Source: Candidatus Marinacidobacterium sp.
GTDB lineage: Bacteria > Acidobacteriota > Vicinamibacteria > Marinacidobacterales > Marinacidobacteraceae
Direction of reading: 5' to 3'
Assembly: GCA_965220965.1 (NCBI GenBank)
Contig: OZ244852.1
Location: forward strand, 1,664,001-1,728,000
DNA: 64,000 nucleotides
The position numbers and the translations under genes are program-made. The notes beneath the pieces are model-generated. The model searched no databases. It saw only the letters and a program-made list of their open reading frames with translations, and had not been told where the DNA came from. Every line of letters starts with the position of its first letter. Position 1 is the first letter of the stretch. Shown here piece by piece: positions 8,735 through 18,345 of this stretch.

Positions 8735-9586
8735 TCATTCACCGCGGTATGCCGGCCGGCGTCCGGCGTGGAAGGCGGCCAACCCCTCGGCCCAGTCCGC
8801 CGTCGTGAAGATCCGCTCCAGGGCGTCCCGCTCCTCCCGCATCGCCTGTTTGCGGGTTCTGGCCGCCGCCGGACCGATCAGGCGCTTCGCCGCCGCCACC
8901 GGAAGCGGGGCGCGACGGGCGAGCCGCAGAGCCCACTCGCGGGCCACCGCGACAACGCTCCCGGCCGGAACCGCCCGGTTGACCACTCCCATGGCCGCCG
9001 CCGCCTCCCCAGTGAAGAAGTCCCCCAGCAGCACGAGCTCGCGCGCTTTCAGGACTCCCACCCGTTCCGCCAGGGTGTACGCCACCCCACCACCGATGAA
9101 GGTCCCCAGGGCGACCTCGGGGAGGCGCAGCCTGGCCTCCTCCGCCACAATGGCGAAGTCGGCCGAAAGGGCCAGCTCCAGGCCGGCGCCCACGGCGTGG
9201 CCGTTCACGGCCGCCACGACCGGAGCGCCCATCGTCTGCATGAGCTCGTTGGCGCGCTGGGCGGCGCGAATGTAGCGCCGCCGTTCCGCGGGGGACGGGG
9301 GGCTCTCCGCGTGCGCCTTCAGGTCGGCGCCGGCGCAGAAGGCCCGCCCCGCCCCGGTGACCATCACGCAGCGCACTCCCGGATCGGCCTCGGCGGCTTC
9401 GAGTTCCTCGATGAGACGCTCGTAGAGCGGAAGGCTGACCGCGTTCAACCGGTGAGGGCGGTTCAGCGTCAGCGTCAGGACGGAATCCTCCCGCGCGGCG
9501 AGCACCGGATCCCCGGTCGATGCGACGGCGCGCGCGCGGCCTTCTCCGGATGTCACGGCCGGCGGCTCAGGAGACGAAGGATCCAT
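8735..9586 (-). CDS. Enoyl-CoA hydratase/isomerase family protein
   Basis: LNRPHRLNA, AFCAGADL, AAVNGHAVGAGLELAL, LPEVALG. Confidence 0.9.
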   Translation of the reverse strand: MDPSSPEPPAVTSGEGRARAVASTGDPVLAAREDSVLTLTLNRPHRLNAVSLPLYERLIEELEAAEADPGVRCVMVTGAGRAFCAGADLKAHAESPPSPAERRRYIRAAQRANELMQTMGAPVVAAVNGHAVGAGLELALSADFAIVAEEARLRLPEVALGTFIGGGVAYTLAERVGVLKARELVLLGDFFTGEAAAAMGVVNRAVPAGSVVAVAREWALRLARRAPLPVAAAKRLIGPAAARTRKQAMREERDALERIFTTADWAEGLAAFHAGRRPAYRGE

Positions 9587-9821
9587 ACGCCGCGGCGACC
9601 CGCCCCGACGAAGCGTCTGGCGTCCAGACGCCGGTGACGTTCCTACTCATCGCTGGTAGTCCCACTGCAGGACGAGTCCCGATTCTCGGTCGGAGCCCGG
9701 GGAGGCGCGAGCCTACCGGTTTTGGCGGCTACGGGACGGACCGACGCGGTCCGGAAGGATCTGCGATGCGATGGCGGTCGTGCGCGAGGCGGGTCGGGGA
9801 GATTCCCGGATAATCCACCGC

Positions 9822-11750
9822 ATGAGATGCCTCGCCCTCCTGTTGCTCGCTTCGGTCTTCCTGGCTCCCGGGACCGCCCGGTCGCAGACCGGGGAGGAGG
9901 GCGCCGGCGCGCGCGGGGATTGGCCCTTCTGGGGCGGGGACCAGGGCTCGACGCACTACTCGCCGCTCCGGCAGATCCACCGCGGCAACGTGGCCGGTCT
10001 GGAGAAGGCGTGGGAGTGGGACACCGAGGAGGCGCCGCTCGCCGGTCCGCGGCTGCCGGTGCCGCGGAACCCGGTCCGGCCCGGGAGCTTCGAGAACACC
10101 CCGGTCGTGAAGGACGGCGTCATGTACGTCAGCACCTCCTACAACCGGGTCGCCGCCCTCGACCCGGACACCGGGGAGCCGAACTGGATCTACGACCCCC
10201 GGATCATCGAGTGGGGCCAGGTCCCGAACGGCACCGGGTTCGTTCACCGCGGGGTGGCGCTGTGGGAGGGCGACGATGGCGCTTCCCGGGTGTTCCTGAA
10301 CAGCCGCTGGCGGCTCGTCTCGATCGACACGGTGACCGGCGAGCCGGATCCCGCCTTCGGCGACGGCGGCGAAATCGACCTCACCGCGCAGCTTCTGTGG
10401 CCGGTGAACCGGCTCCACTACACCCAGACCTCGCCTCCGGTGGTGTTCGACGACCTCGTGATCGTCGGCAACGGGGTGTGGGACCTGTTCGTCTACGAAC
10501 GCGATCCCCCCGGCAACGTCCAGGCCTTCAACGTGCGCACCGGCGAGCTCGTCTGGTCGTTCAACCTGATCCCGCAGCCGGGCGAGTTCGGCAACGACAC
10601 CTGGGAAGACGGCGCGTGGGACCGGACCGGGCACACGAACGTCTGGGCCCCGATGTCGCTCGACGCGGAGCGCGGCCTCCTCTACCTGCCGGTGGGCACC
10701 CCGAGCAACGACTACTACGGGGGCGACCGGCTCGGCGACAACCTGTTCGCCGAGGCGGTGGTCTGTCTCGACGCGCGCACCGGGAGGCGGGTCTGGCACT
10801 TCCAGACCGTGCGCCACGGTCTGTGGGACTACGACCTGCCGGCGGCGCCGGCGCTTCTCACCATCACGGTGGACGGCAGGGAGATCGACGCGGTGGCGGT
10901 CCCGGCGAAGACCGGGTTCCTCTACGTGTTCGACCGGGTCACCGGGGAGCCGGTCTGGCCCATCGAGGACCGTCCGGTCCCGCCGAGCGACGTGCCCGGC
11001 GAGCGCGCCGCCGAGACCCAGCCGTTCCCGACGAAGCCGCCGCCATTCGCGAAGCAGGGATTCACGGAAGACGACGTGCTCGACTTCACCCCCGAGCTCC
11101 GCGAGGAGGCGCTCGCCATCATCCGGCAGTACCGGATGGGGGGGCTCTTCACCCCGCCGTCGATCGTGGGCACGGTCACGAACCCGGGGATCCTCGGGGG
11201 CGCGAACTGGGGCGGCGCCGCCGCCGACCCGGAGACCGGGATCGTCTACGTCAAGGCGAACGAGTTCCCGTCACTGCTCTCGATCACCGAAGCCGATCCC
11301 GAGGAGACCGAGGGCCCCTACGGGCTCGACCGGAGCCGGCGCACGCTGAACCTGCCGAACGGCCTCCCGATCAACAAGCCGCCCTACGGCACGATCACCG
11401 CGATGGACCTGAACACCGGCGAGCAGGTGTTCCAGGTTCCCGCCGGCAACAACCCGCTGGTCCGGAATCACGAAGCGCTCGAGGGCGTGGACCTCGGTGA
11501 GGAGCGGCTGGGCGTCGTAGGCGCGCCCGGCCCCATCGTGACCGGCGGCGGGCTCGTCTTCTACACCGGTGGAGCCGATCACCTCTTCGCACTCGACAAG
11601 GCGACGGGCGAGGAACTGTGGGCCGCGCCGCTGGGGGCGAGCTCCTACGCCAGCCCGATGACCTACCTGTCGCCGGAGGGCGTCCAGTACGTCGTGGTGG
11701 CGGTGGGTCGCGGCCAGGGAAACCGGCTGGTGGCGTTCTCGCTGCCCTGA
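9822..11750 (+). CDS. Exported PQQ-dependent dehydrogenase (quinoprotein glucose dehydrogenase-like)
   Basis: Signal peptide; HYSPLRQI, ENTP, HGLWDYD, GGANWGG, PPYG, ASPMTY motifs. Confidence 0.9.
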   Translation: MRCLALLLLASVFLAPGTARSQTGEEGAGARGDWPFWGGDQGSTHYSPLRQIHRGNVAGLEKAWEWDTEEAPLAGPRLPVPRNPVRPGSFENTPVVKDGVMYVSTSYNRVAALDPDTGEPNWIYDPRIIEWGQVPNGTGFVHRGVALWEGDDGASRVFLNSRWRLVSIDTVTGEPDPAFGDGGEIDLTAQLLWPVNRLHYTQTSPPVVFDDLVIVGNGVWDLFVYERDPPGNVQAFNVRTGELVWSFNLIPQPGEFGNDTWEDGAWDRTGHTNVWAPMSLDAERGLLYLPVGTPSNDYYGGDRLGDNLFAEAVVCLDARTGRRVWHFQTVRHGLWDYDLPAAPALLTITVDGREIDAVAVPAKTGFLYVFDRVTGEPVWPIEDRPVPPSDVPGERAAETQPFPTKPPPFAKQGFTEDDVLDFTPELREEALAIIRQYRMGGLFTPPSIVGTVTNPGILGGANWGGAAADPETGIVYVKANEFPSLLSITEADPEETEGPYGLDRSRRTLNLPNGLPINKPPYGTITAMDLNTGEQVFQVPAGNNPLVRNHEALEGVDLGEERLGVVGAPGPIVTGGGLVFYTGGADHLFALDKATGEELWAAPLGASSYASPMTYLSPEGVQYVVVAVGRGQGNRLVAFSLP

Positions 11751-11799
11751 GCCCTGACGGAGTACGGACATTCGCCCTTCTGCACCCACGTGCTGCGAC

Positions 11800-13698
11800 C
11801 TACGACGAGGGGGATCGAGCCGACTCGCACACTGCCCCATGTGCCGTCTCCCGTACGACACTCTTTGGTTGCTCGTACACCAGCCGCACTGCACTGGCGA
11901 GGTCGGCACTCAGGCACGCTGGCGGGTCATGGTCCAACACGCTCTCAAAATGATCCAACGCCGCGAGAGCCTTCCCCTTGCCTCCGCTGCTCGGCACACC
12001 ACTGCAGCCCTCGAAATCCGGGTGAAGAACGGCAATGCGTCCAGATTTTCCTACGAGAGCCTCAAGCGCCTGGTTGACCGCGAAGGTCCGTTTGGCCGCG
12101 TTGACCTTGTCTGCGTTCCAACTCTCCGGAATCTCTTTTGGCACCGGGTCCTCATCATGAACCACCACATACTCAAGACAAAAGGCGTTCGCTATTGAAA
12201 CATACAGAGGGAGGTTGTGCTTCGATCCACAGTCAATAACAGATACGTCTTCCCTATAGCAGCCTAGTTTCTCCGCAAGATACGGAAAGACTACCTTCTC
12301 GGTCTCACCCTCGACGAACGCCACGCGGCGGGCGAAGAGCATCTCGCCACGATCCGGGTTCACCCAATGCCTCATGTGTAGCCGTTTCTTTCGGTCACTC
12401 TTATCCTGCCCCTCGAACAGCTCCTTCCGACACTGCACGACTGTAGTGGCCTCATTCGCCGACGCTCTCCGTACTAACCCGATATCCCGATAATGTTTCA
12501 AGTCCACGAAGTGAGTGGAATGGCTACAGATGAACACCTGATTGTTGTCCTGTTTGGCTAATTCGCGCAGGCTCGACCCCCAGACGCGTTGCTTGTGTGG
12601 ATGCAGGAAAGTCTCCGGCTCCTCTATCGCAAAGACGACCGACTCCGAGGCGTTGCGAGGCACGGTGGCCTCCGTGTGCCCATCACTCTGCCGCACAAGC
12701 GTGGCCCATGCCTTCAGGAGCGCGAAGATCACGGCGCGCTGCAGACCGTCCCCTTTGCGCTCCGCCGACGTCTTGAAGCCGTCATCGAGATGGATCTTTG
12801 TGCCCTCAAGGACTCTCGACAAGTTCGGAGGGACAACTTCCAGCGACAGACTGAGGTTGCCCCATTCAGATAGTTCCTCCTCGATAAGAGATGCGAGACC
12901 GTCCAAGAGGGGCGGCCGGTTATCGCTTCCAGAGCCCGCGCCGAGACTGTCCGATAGTGCCTCCAGCTTGTCCTGAACCTCACGAAATCGTGGTTCTGCG
13001 AGGGCGGTCGTAGCGACTACTCGGCTGAGCAGTCTTCCGAAGAGGGTCGTGCTCTTAACTTTCGACTCGTCCCGCAAGTTGCGTACAGCAGGGACGAGGA
13101 AGAACTCCGGCAAGACACCGATGGGGAGGCGCTTCGTCCCCAGCAAGAGACCCTTCTCAAGTTCCTCGCAGTAGACTAGAGTACTTCGGTGAGCCTCGAT
13201 GTATTGGCTTTGCGCCTTTCGGATGTGATTGGACGTTAGTCGGCTCGTCTTGGGAAGGTAGTCGCACAGAGGGTCCCGAGCAGAAGCGTCGCCCTTCCTC
13301 AGGGCGTCGGCATTGCGGGACTTCAGCCAGTCGTGAGTGGGTTCACGTCTGTATCCTTGGTAGACTACTGAGACTGCACCGTCGCTACTATACGTAGCTG
13401 TCTTTCGGATGCGGACAGTTCCTTCTTCGAGAAGATACTCGCTCAACGTCGCGCGCTCCCTGTCAGTCAAGCGATCGAAGACGACCTCTACCCAGGTCTC
13501 TTCGTCGTCGGGGCTGGCGAAGGCGGAGAGATCTTCCCTATCTGGTTTTGCCGACGGCGTGAGCGCGAATTCAAGGGCGGCGATTACATTCGATTTGCCG
13601 GCGTTGTTCTGGCCCAGAAGAACAAGCATGTCCTTACACACGAAGCAGGCATGCTGGATGCTGCGAAAGTTGTGAATGGTGACGGACTGGATCTTCAT
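11800..13698 (-). CDS. OLD-family ATP-dependent endonuclease (ABC ATPase + TOPRIM)
   Basis: Walker A GQNNAGKS, signature-like KGDGLQR, Walker B IEEPETFLHP, SHS H-loop, TOPRIM FVEGETE and HDED; visibly lower GC than flanks. Confidence 0.9.
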   Translation of the reverse strand: MKIQSVTIHNFRSIQHACFVCKDMLVLLGQNNAGKSNVIAALEFALTPSAKPDREDLSAFASPDDEETWVEVVFDRLTDRERATLSEYLLEEGTVRIRKTATYSSDGAVSVVYQGYRREPTHDWLKSRNADALRKGDASARDPLCDYLPKTSRLTSNHIRKAQSQYIEAHRSTLVYCEELEKGLLLGTKRLPIGVLPEFFLVPAVRNLRDESKVKSTTLFGRLLSRVVATTALAEPRFREVQDKLEALSDSLGAGSGSDNRPPLLDGLASLIEEELSEWGNLSLSLEVVPPNLSRVLEGTKIHLDDGFKTSAERKGDGLQRAVIFALLKAWATLVRQSDGHTEATVPRNASESVVFAIEEPETFLHPHKQRVWGSSLRELAKQDNNQVFICSHSTHFVDLKHYRDIGLVRRASANEATTVVQCRKELFEGQDKSDRKKRLHMRHWVNPDRGEMLFARRVAFVEGETEKVVFPYLAEKLGCYREDVSVIDCGSKHNLPLYVSIANAFCLEYVVVHDEDPVPKEIPESWNADKVNAAKRTFAVNQALEALVGKSGRIAVLHPDFEGCSGVPSSGGKGKALAALDHFESVLDHDPPACLSADLASAVRLVYEQPKSVVRETAHGAVCESARSPSS

Positions 13699-14259
13699 TC
13701 ATGCCTCCCCGGACAACTGCGGCCCTTGGCGCTCTGAGATCTTCCAGTGCTGGAGCCAGCACTGGCCAGTGCTCGCAAATCTGGAGGGATCCGCAGCGTA
13801 CGGCGCTGCTTCGCAAGGCGAGCGCCCATCTCTTGACGCGTGGAAGTACTTCCTGTTGCGTGAGCCGCCGACCGTTCGCAACCGTCCATCGCCACACGCA
13901 TGTCCGTCGGACCAGCCGGCGGGCGCTTTGAGACCACGGGACCCGACGGCGCAGTGGCGAGGGCGTACCGGACCAGGAACAACGGCGGTCGAGATGCGGA
14001 GGGCGTGCGACGAGATCCTCGTGCTGGGATCGGGCGTCGCAATTTCGGCGTGCGGCTCCTGGAACTGCCAGACCACTTCAACCCCTGGCGAGCAGGGTTA
14101 GCGAGGCGCTCTCCCGGACGTTCGAGCCAAGGCTACTACCTGACGACTTCTGGAGCAGGCCGCTCGGTGATGGACTGCGGGGGACTGCCACCTCCAGGCG
14201 CCTCTCGGCTGTGGGACGATGCCGGGGTACCCTTCCGAGAGCCGTCAGGAGATCACCCC

Positions 14260-14781
14260 ATGCTGCCCCCCATGTATGACCCCGAAGCCGTTCGTCCGAT
14301 GCGGGAGGAGCTTGAGGAGTGCGCCGTGAGCACTCTGGGCACTCCCGAGGCGGTGGACGAGATGCTGGGCCGCCCCGGGACGTCGCTCGTGGTTGTGAAC
14401 TCGGTCTGCGGGTGCGCCGCCGGCGCGGCTCGCCCGGGCGTCACCCGCGCGCTCCAGCACGCCCGGATCCCCGATCACCTCGGCACGGTCTTCGCCGGGG
14501 TGGACCGGGAGGCCACCGAGCGCGCCCGCGAGCGGATGGTGGGGATCCCGCCGTCGTCGCCGGCGATCGCGCTGTTCCAGGACGGCAAGCTCGTCCACAT
14601 GCTGGAGCGGCGTCACATCGAGCGGATGTCCCCGGACGCGGTGACCGAGAACCTGACCGCCGCCTTCGATTCGGTGTGTGAGCGCGAAGGGCCGTCGGTG
14701 CCGCCCGAGGTCTGGGAGCGGTCGGCCCGCGAGCGGATGTGCGGCTCCGGGATCCCGATCTTCAACCCGACGCTCCGCTGA
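14260..14781 (+). CDS. BrxA/BrxB family bacilliredoxin
   Basis: VVNSVCGCAAGAARP, TVFAGVDREAT, PPSSPAIALF motifs; AGGAG RBS. Confidence 0.9.
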   Translation: MLPPMYDPEAVRPMREELEECAVSTLGTPEAVDEMLGRPGTSLVVVNSVCGCAAGAARPGVTRALQHARIPDHLGTVFAGVDREATERARERMVGIPPSSPAIALFQDGKLVHMLERRHIERMSPDAVTENLTAAFDSVCEREGPSVPPEVWERSARERMCGSGIPIFNPTLR

Positions 14782-14797
14782 CCCGGCGACCGCTTCC

Positions 14798-15439
14798 GTG
14801 TCGGGAGAGGAGAGCCCGGCCGGTTCGCCTCCGGCGGGCCGGTTCCTGAGCATCGAGGGGGTCTCGGGCGCCGGGAAGTCAACGCTCGCCCGGCGGATCG
14901 CGGCGAAACTCGAAGCGCAGGGGGTCCGGGTCGTGCACACCCGGGACCCGGGCGGGACGCCCGCCGGCCGGACGATCCGGTCGCTGCTCCTCGACCGGCC
15001 CGGGTCGCTCTGCCCGGAGACCGAGGTTGCGCTGTTCTTCGCCGACCGCGCGCAGAACCTCCACGAAGTCATCGGGCCGGCGCTGGCGCGGGGCGACACC
15101 GTGATCGCCGACCGCTTCACCGATTCGACCATCGCCTACCAGGGCGCCGCCCGGGGACTCCCCCGCGACCGGATCCTCGCGGTGGACCAGGCGATCACCG
15201 GCGGATGCCGCCCCGACCTGACGCTCCTCCTCGACCTGCCCGCCGAGACCGGCCTCGCCCGCCTCGCGCGCGCGGACCGGATCGAGCAGGAGGGCGCCCG
15301 GTTCCAGGAGCGGGTGCGGCAGGGCTTCCTCGACATCGCCCGCGCTGACCCGGACCGCGTGAAGGTGATCTCCGCGGATGGGTCCACCGACGCGGTGTTC
15401 ACCCGCGCCTGGGCGGTCGTGCGCGAGCGGCTCTCGTGA
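14798..15439 (+). CDS. tmk: Thymidylate kinase
   Basis: FLSIEGVSGAGKST P-loop, TRDPGGT, DRFTDSTIAYQG, PDLTLLLD. Confidence 0.95.
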   Translation: MSGEESPAGSPPAGRFLSIEGVSGAGKSTLARRIAAKLEAQGVRVVHTRDPGGTPAGRTIRSLLLDRPGSLCPETEVALFFADRAQNLHEVIGPALARGDTVIADRFTDSTIAYQGAARGLPRDRILAVDQAITGGCRPDLTLLLDLPAETGLARLARADRIEQEGARFQERVRQGFLDIARADPDRVKVISADGSTDAVFTRAWAVVRERLS

Positions 15440-16551
15440 CGGCCCTTCCTTCGGCGCCGCCGTTCCCGCAGCTCGCCCGCGTCGCCGGCGCCGGCCGGCT
15501 GCCGCCGAGCCTGCTGTTCACCGGGCCGCCGGGGGCGCTCACGAAGGAGGCCGCCCTCGGGCTCGCCGCCGTCGCGAACAGCGCCGACCCGGATCCGGAG
15601 TCGGCGGCGAGCCGCCGCGTGATGGAGCGCATCGTCTGGACGGACGCCGCGGCGCAGGACCCGGCGGACGCCGGGACCCCGCCGGCGGGCGGCCCCTGGC
15701 CCGACATCCACGTCGTCCACCCCGATCCGAAGGGCGAGGTGCGCGTGGACGCCCTGCGGGATGCGATCCAGGCGAGCCGGCCCCATCCGTTCGAGGGGTC
15801 CCGGCGCTTCCTGGTCATCGTGGGCGCCGACGGAATGAACCCCTCCGCCGCGAACGCGCTGCTGAAGACGCTCGAAGAGCCCCACCCCCAACTGGGCGTC
15901 ATCCTGACCGCGGTCCGGGAATCGGCGCTCCTCCCGACGATCGTCTCGCGCTGCCAGCGCTGGAGGTTCCGGGGGCCCCGGGAAGACGAAGTCGCCGAGC
16001 GCCTGCGGCGGGAGCACGACTACCCGGAGGAGGAAGCGGCCTGGGCCGCCGCCGGCGGCGGCGACCTGCAGGGCGCGCTCGCCCTGCCCCGCGAACGGCT
16101 GTCCGGACTGGTGAAGGAAGCGCTCGGACTCGCCCGCGTCGCCTCCCGCGGCATCGTCCCGGGCGCCCGGGCGCGGCTCGTCGAGCGGCTCTCCGGCGGC
16201 CGGGGCCGGCCCGGCGGGGGCGGAGCGGCGGGGGGCGGAGACCTCCAGGTTCTGCTGACGCTGCTGCGGGCCGCCCTCCGCGATCTCGCCGCGCTCGCCG
16301 CCGGCGCCGCCCCGCTCTCGGGGGATCCCGGCGGCCTCCTCGCTCCGTTAGCGCGGGAAGCGCCCGCGACCGCCTTCGCCGAGGCGTTCGCGCTCGTCGA
16401 GGAAACGGACCGGGCGATCCATCAGGGCCACGGCAACCGCCGGATGCAGCTCGATGCGCTGCTGCTCGACTTCAACGAGATCGCGCGGCCGCTGGTCGTC
16501 GCCCGCATGCGGGCGGCCCGCAAGGCGAAGGCGTCAGCGAAGGACCGGTAA
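15436..16551 (+). CDS. holB: DNA polymerase III delta' subunit
   Basis: LLFTGPPG, AANALLKTLEEP, LLPTIVSRC; follows tmk with GTGA overlap. Confidence 0.9.
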   Translation: MTALPSAPPFPQLARVAGAGRLPPSLLFTGPPGALTKEAALGLAAVANSADPDPESAASRRVMERIVWTDAAAQDPADAGTPPAGGPWPDIHVVHPDPKGEVRVDALRDAIQASRPHPFEGSRRFLVIVGADGMNPSAANALLKTLEEPHPQLGVILTAVRESALLPTIVSRCQRWRFRGPREDEVAERLRREHDYPEEEAAWAAAGGGDLQGALALPRERLSGLVKEALGLARVASRGIVPGARARLVERLSGGRGRPGGGGAAGGGDLQVLLTLLRAALRDLAALAAGAAPLSGDPGGLLAPLAREAPATAFAEAFALVEETDRAIHQGHGNRRMQLDALLLDFNEIARPLVVARMRAARKAKASAKDR

Positions 16552-16578
16552 CCGCGCAGCCGGACGCCCGGGGGATCC

Positions 16579-18345
16579 TCAGGCGGGCGCGGCGGCCAGC
16601 GCGGCGGCGGGGCGCCCGTCCGGCGCACCGGCCACCGGGATGCGGGCCCCACCCCGTCGGATCAGCACCGGAGCATCCGGCGCCAGCGCCTCCTCGGCGC
16701 GCTCGAGCTGCGTCTGCAGCATCGAGTCCTTCATCCCGGTATCGAGGAAGCTCCACGGAAGTTCCTCGTCGGGGTCGCGATCCCGGTGGAGGTAGAAGTC
16801 GGCGGAGAGGCCGGCGGCGCGGAGGCTGGGGTTCAGCGCCTTGCCGTCGGCGAGGTCCAGAACCACCGGAGCGAGGCGGCGGTCTCCCACCGCGAGGATC
16901 GCCTGGAGGCGCTCGAGGCGCGGCGACTTCATGTGGGCCTCGACGCCGGCGAGATCGCCGAGTTCGCGCTGGAGCGTGCGGATGCGGGAGTTGAGGACCG
17001 CGAGCGGCGCCATCGGACGCCACTGGAAGGGCGTGCCGGGCTTGGGGATGAACGGGTTCACGCTGGCGATCGTGCGCCCGCGCCGGTTCCGGGAGCGGAC
17101 CTGGTCGCGGATCTTCCGGACCAGCGGCGGTATCCCGAGGACGTCCTCCTCGGTCTCGCCGGGAAGGCCCACCATCAGGTAGAGCTTGAGGTTCTCGACC
17201 CCGGCGTCGAGCAGAACCCCGACCTTGTCGAGGATCTCGTCGTTCGTGACCCGCTTGTGGATCGCGATGCGCAGCCGGTCGGTGCCGACTTCGGGCGCGA
17301 TCGCCACCGTCCGCTCACCGCTCTCGGCGAGGGGGCGGGCGAACTCATCGCGCACGTCCTCGAACCGGATCGAGGAGACGCTGACCCGGTAGCCCATGTC
17401 CCGCAGCTCGCGCACCAGCGGCACGATCTCCCGGTGCGCCCCGACCGCGGTCGAGACGAGGCCGATCCGGTCGGTGTGGGGCCGCGCGGCGCGCGCCAGA
17501 TCGAGCAGGCGATCCAGCTCGAAGGAGCGCTTCGGAAGGTAGTTGTAGCCGGCCCAGCAGAACCGGCAGAGCGTCGGGCAGCCCCGGGAGACCTCGACGA
17601 GGAACTTCCCCGACATCTCGGTGTCGTGGGTCAGGAGGAAGGTCGCGGGGGGCGGGAACCGGGCGTCCTTGCCCATGCGCGCCCGGACCACCTCGTGGCC
17701 GCCGCGCACCCGGCGCCGGAGGATCCGCCCTTCCGGCGCGTGCTCGACTTCGTGCATCGCCGGGACATAGAAGCCGGACTCTTCCGCGAGGCCGGCGATC
17801 CGCCGCTCCTTCCCCCCGGCGCGCAGGCGCTCGGTCAGCGGCGGCAGGAGCGCCTCCGCCTCGCCGACGCCGAAGGCGTCCACGAACGGGGCGATCGGCT
17901 CCGGATTCAGGAACGTCACCGGCCCCCCGGCGACGATGAGCGGATCGCGGCGGCCGCGGTCGGCGGCGAGGGGTTCGAGCCCGGCGAGCCGCAGCATCGT
18001 GACGAGGTTCACCAGGTCCGGCTCGAAGGTGATCGAGAACGCGATCACGTCGAAGCTGCGGACCGCGCGGCCGCTCTCCAGCGTGCGCAGCGGCGTCCCG
18101 GTCCGGCGGTACTCCTCGAACTCCACCCGGTCGGGCAGGAAGAACCGCTCGCTCTCGCAGTCCGGCAACAGGTTCCAGAAGCGGTGGACGGCCTGGAAGC
18201 CCACGTTCGACATCCCGAGCGCGTAGCGGTTCGGGTAGCCCACCGCGATGCGGAGCCCGGCGCGCGAGGAGTCGGCGGGGTCGGCGCCAAGACGGGTCTC
18301 GCGGGCGAGACGCCGCTCCGCCCGCCGGTCGAGCAGGCGGCTCAT
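16579..18345 (-). CDS. Radical SAM protein (B12-binding-like N-terminus, TIGR03960-like)
   Basis: YPNRYALGMSNVG, EVSRGCPTLCRFC (CxxxCxxC), PFIPKPGTPFQW; start overlaps upstream stop (ATGA). Confidence 0.85.
   Translation of the reverse strand: MSRLLDRRAERRLARETRLGADPADSSRAGLRIAVGYPNRYALGMSNVGFQAVHRFWNLLPDCESERFFLPDRVEFEEYRRTGTPLRTLESGRAVRSFDVIAFSITFEPDLVNLVTMLRLAGLEPLAADRGRRDPLIVAGGPVTFLNPEPIAPFVDAFGVGEAEALLPPLTERLRAGGKERRIAGLAEESGFYVPAMHEVEHAPEGRILRRRVRGGHEVVRARMGKDARFPPPATFLLTHDTEMSGKFLVEVSRGCPTLCRFCWAGYNYLPKRSFELDRLLDLARAARPHTDRIGLVSTAVGAHREIVPLVRELRDMGYRVSVSSIRFEDVRDEFARPLAESGERTVAIAPEVGTDRLRIAIHKRVTNDEILDKVGVLLDAGVENLKLYLMVGLPGETEEDVLGIPPLVRKIRDQVRSRNRRGRTIASVNPFIPKPGTPFQWRPMAPLAVLNSRIRTLQRELGDLAGVEAHMKSPRLERLQAILAVGDRRLAPVVLDLADGKALNPSLRAAGLSADFYLHRDRDPDEELPWSFLDTGMKDSMLQTQLERAEEALAPDAPVLIRRGGARIPVAGAPDGRPAAALAAAPA

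Noticed and set aside
11800-11830. Minus-strand GGCTCGATCCCC resembling a tRNA T-arm (possible att site)
   Set aside because: No cloverleaf or matching partner repeat found; lies in the OLD gene's last codons.
13676-14101. Overlapping short ORFs upstream of OLD, possibly a retron or Gabija partner
   Set aside because: No RT, helicase or other recognisable motifs; composition not convincingly coding.
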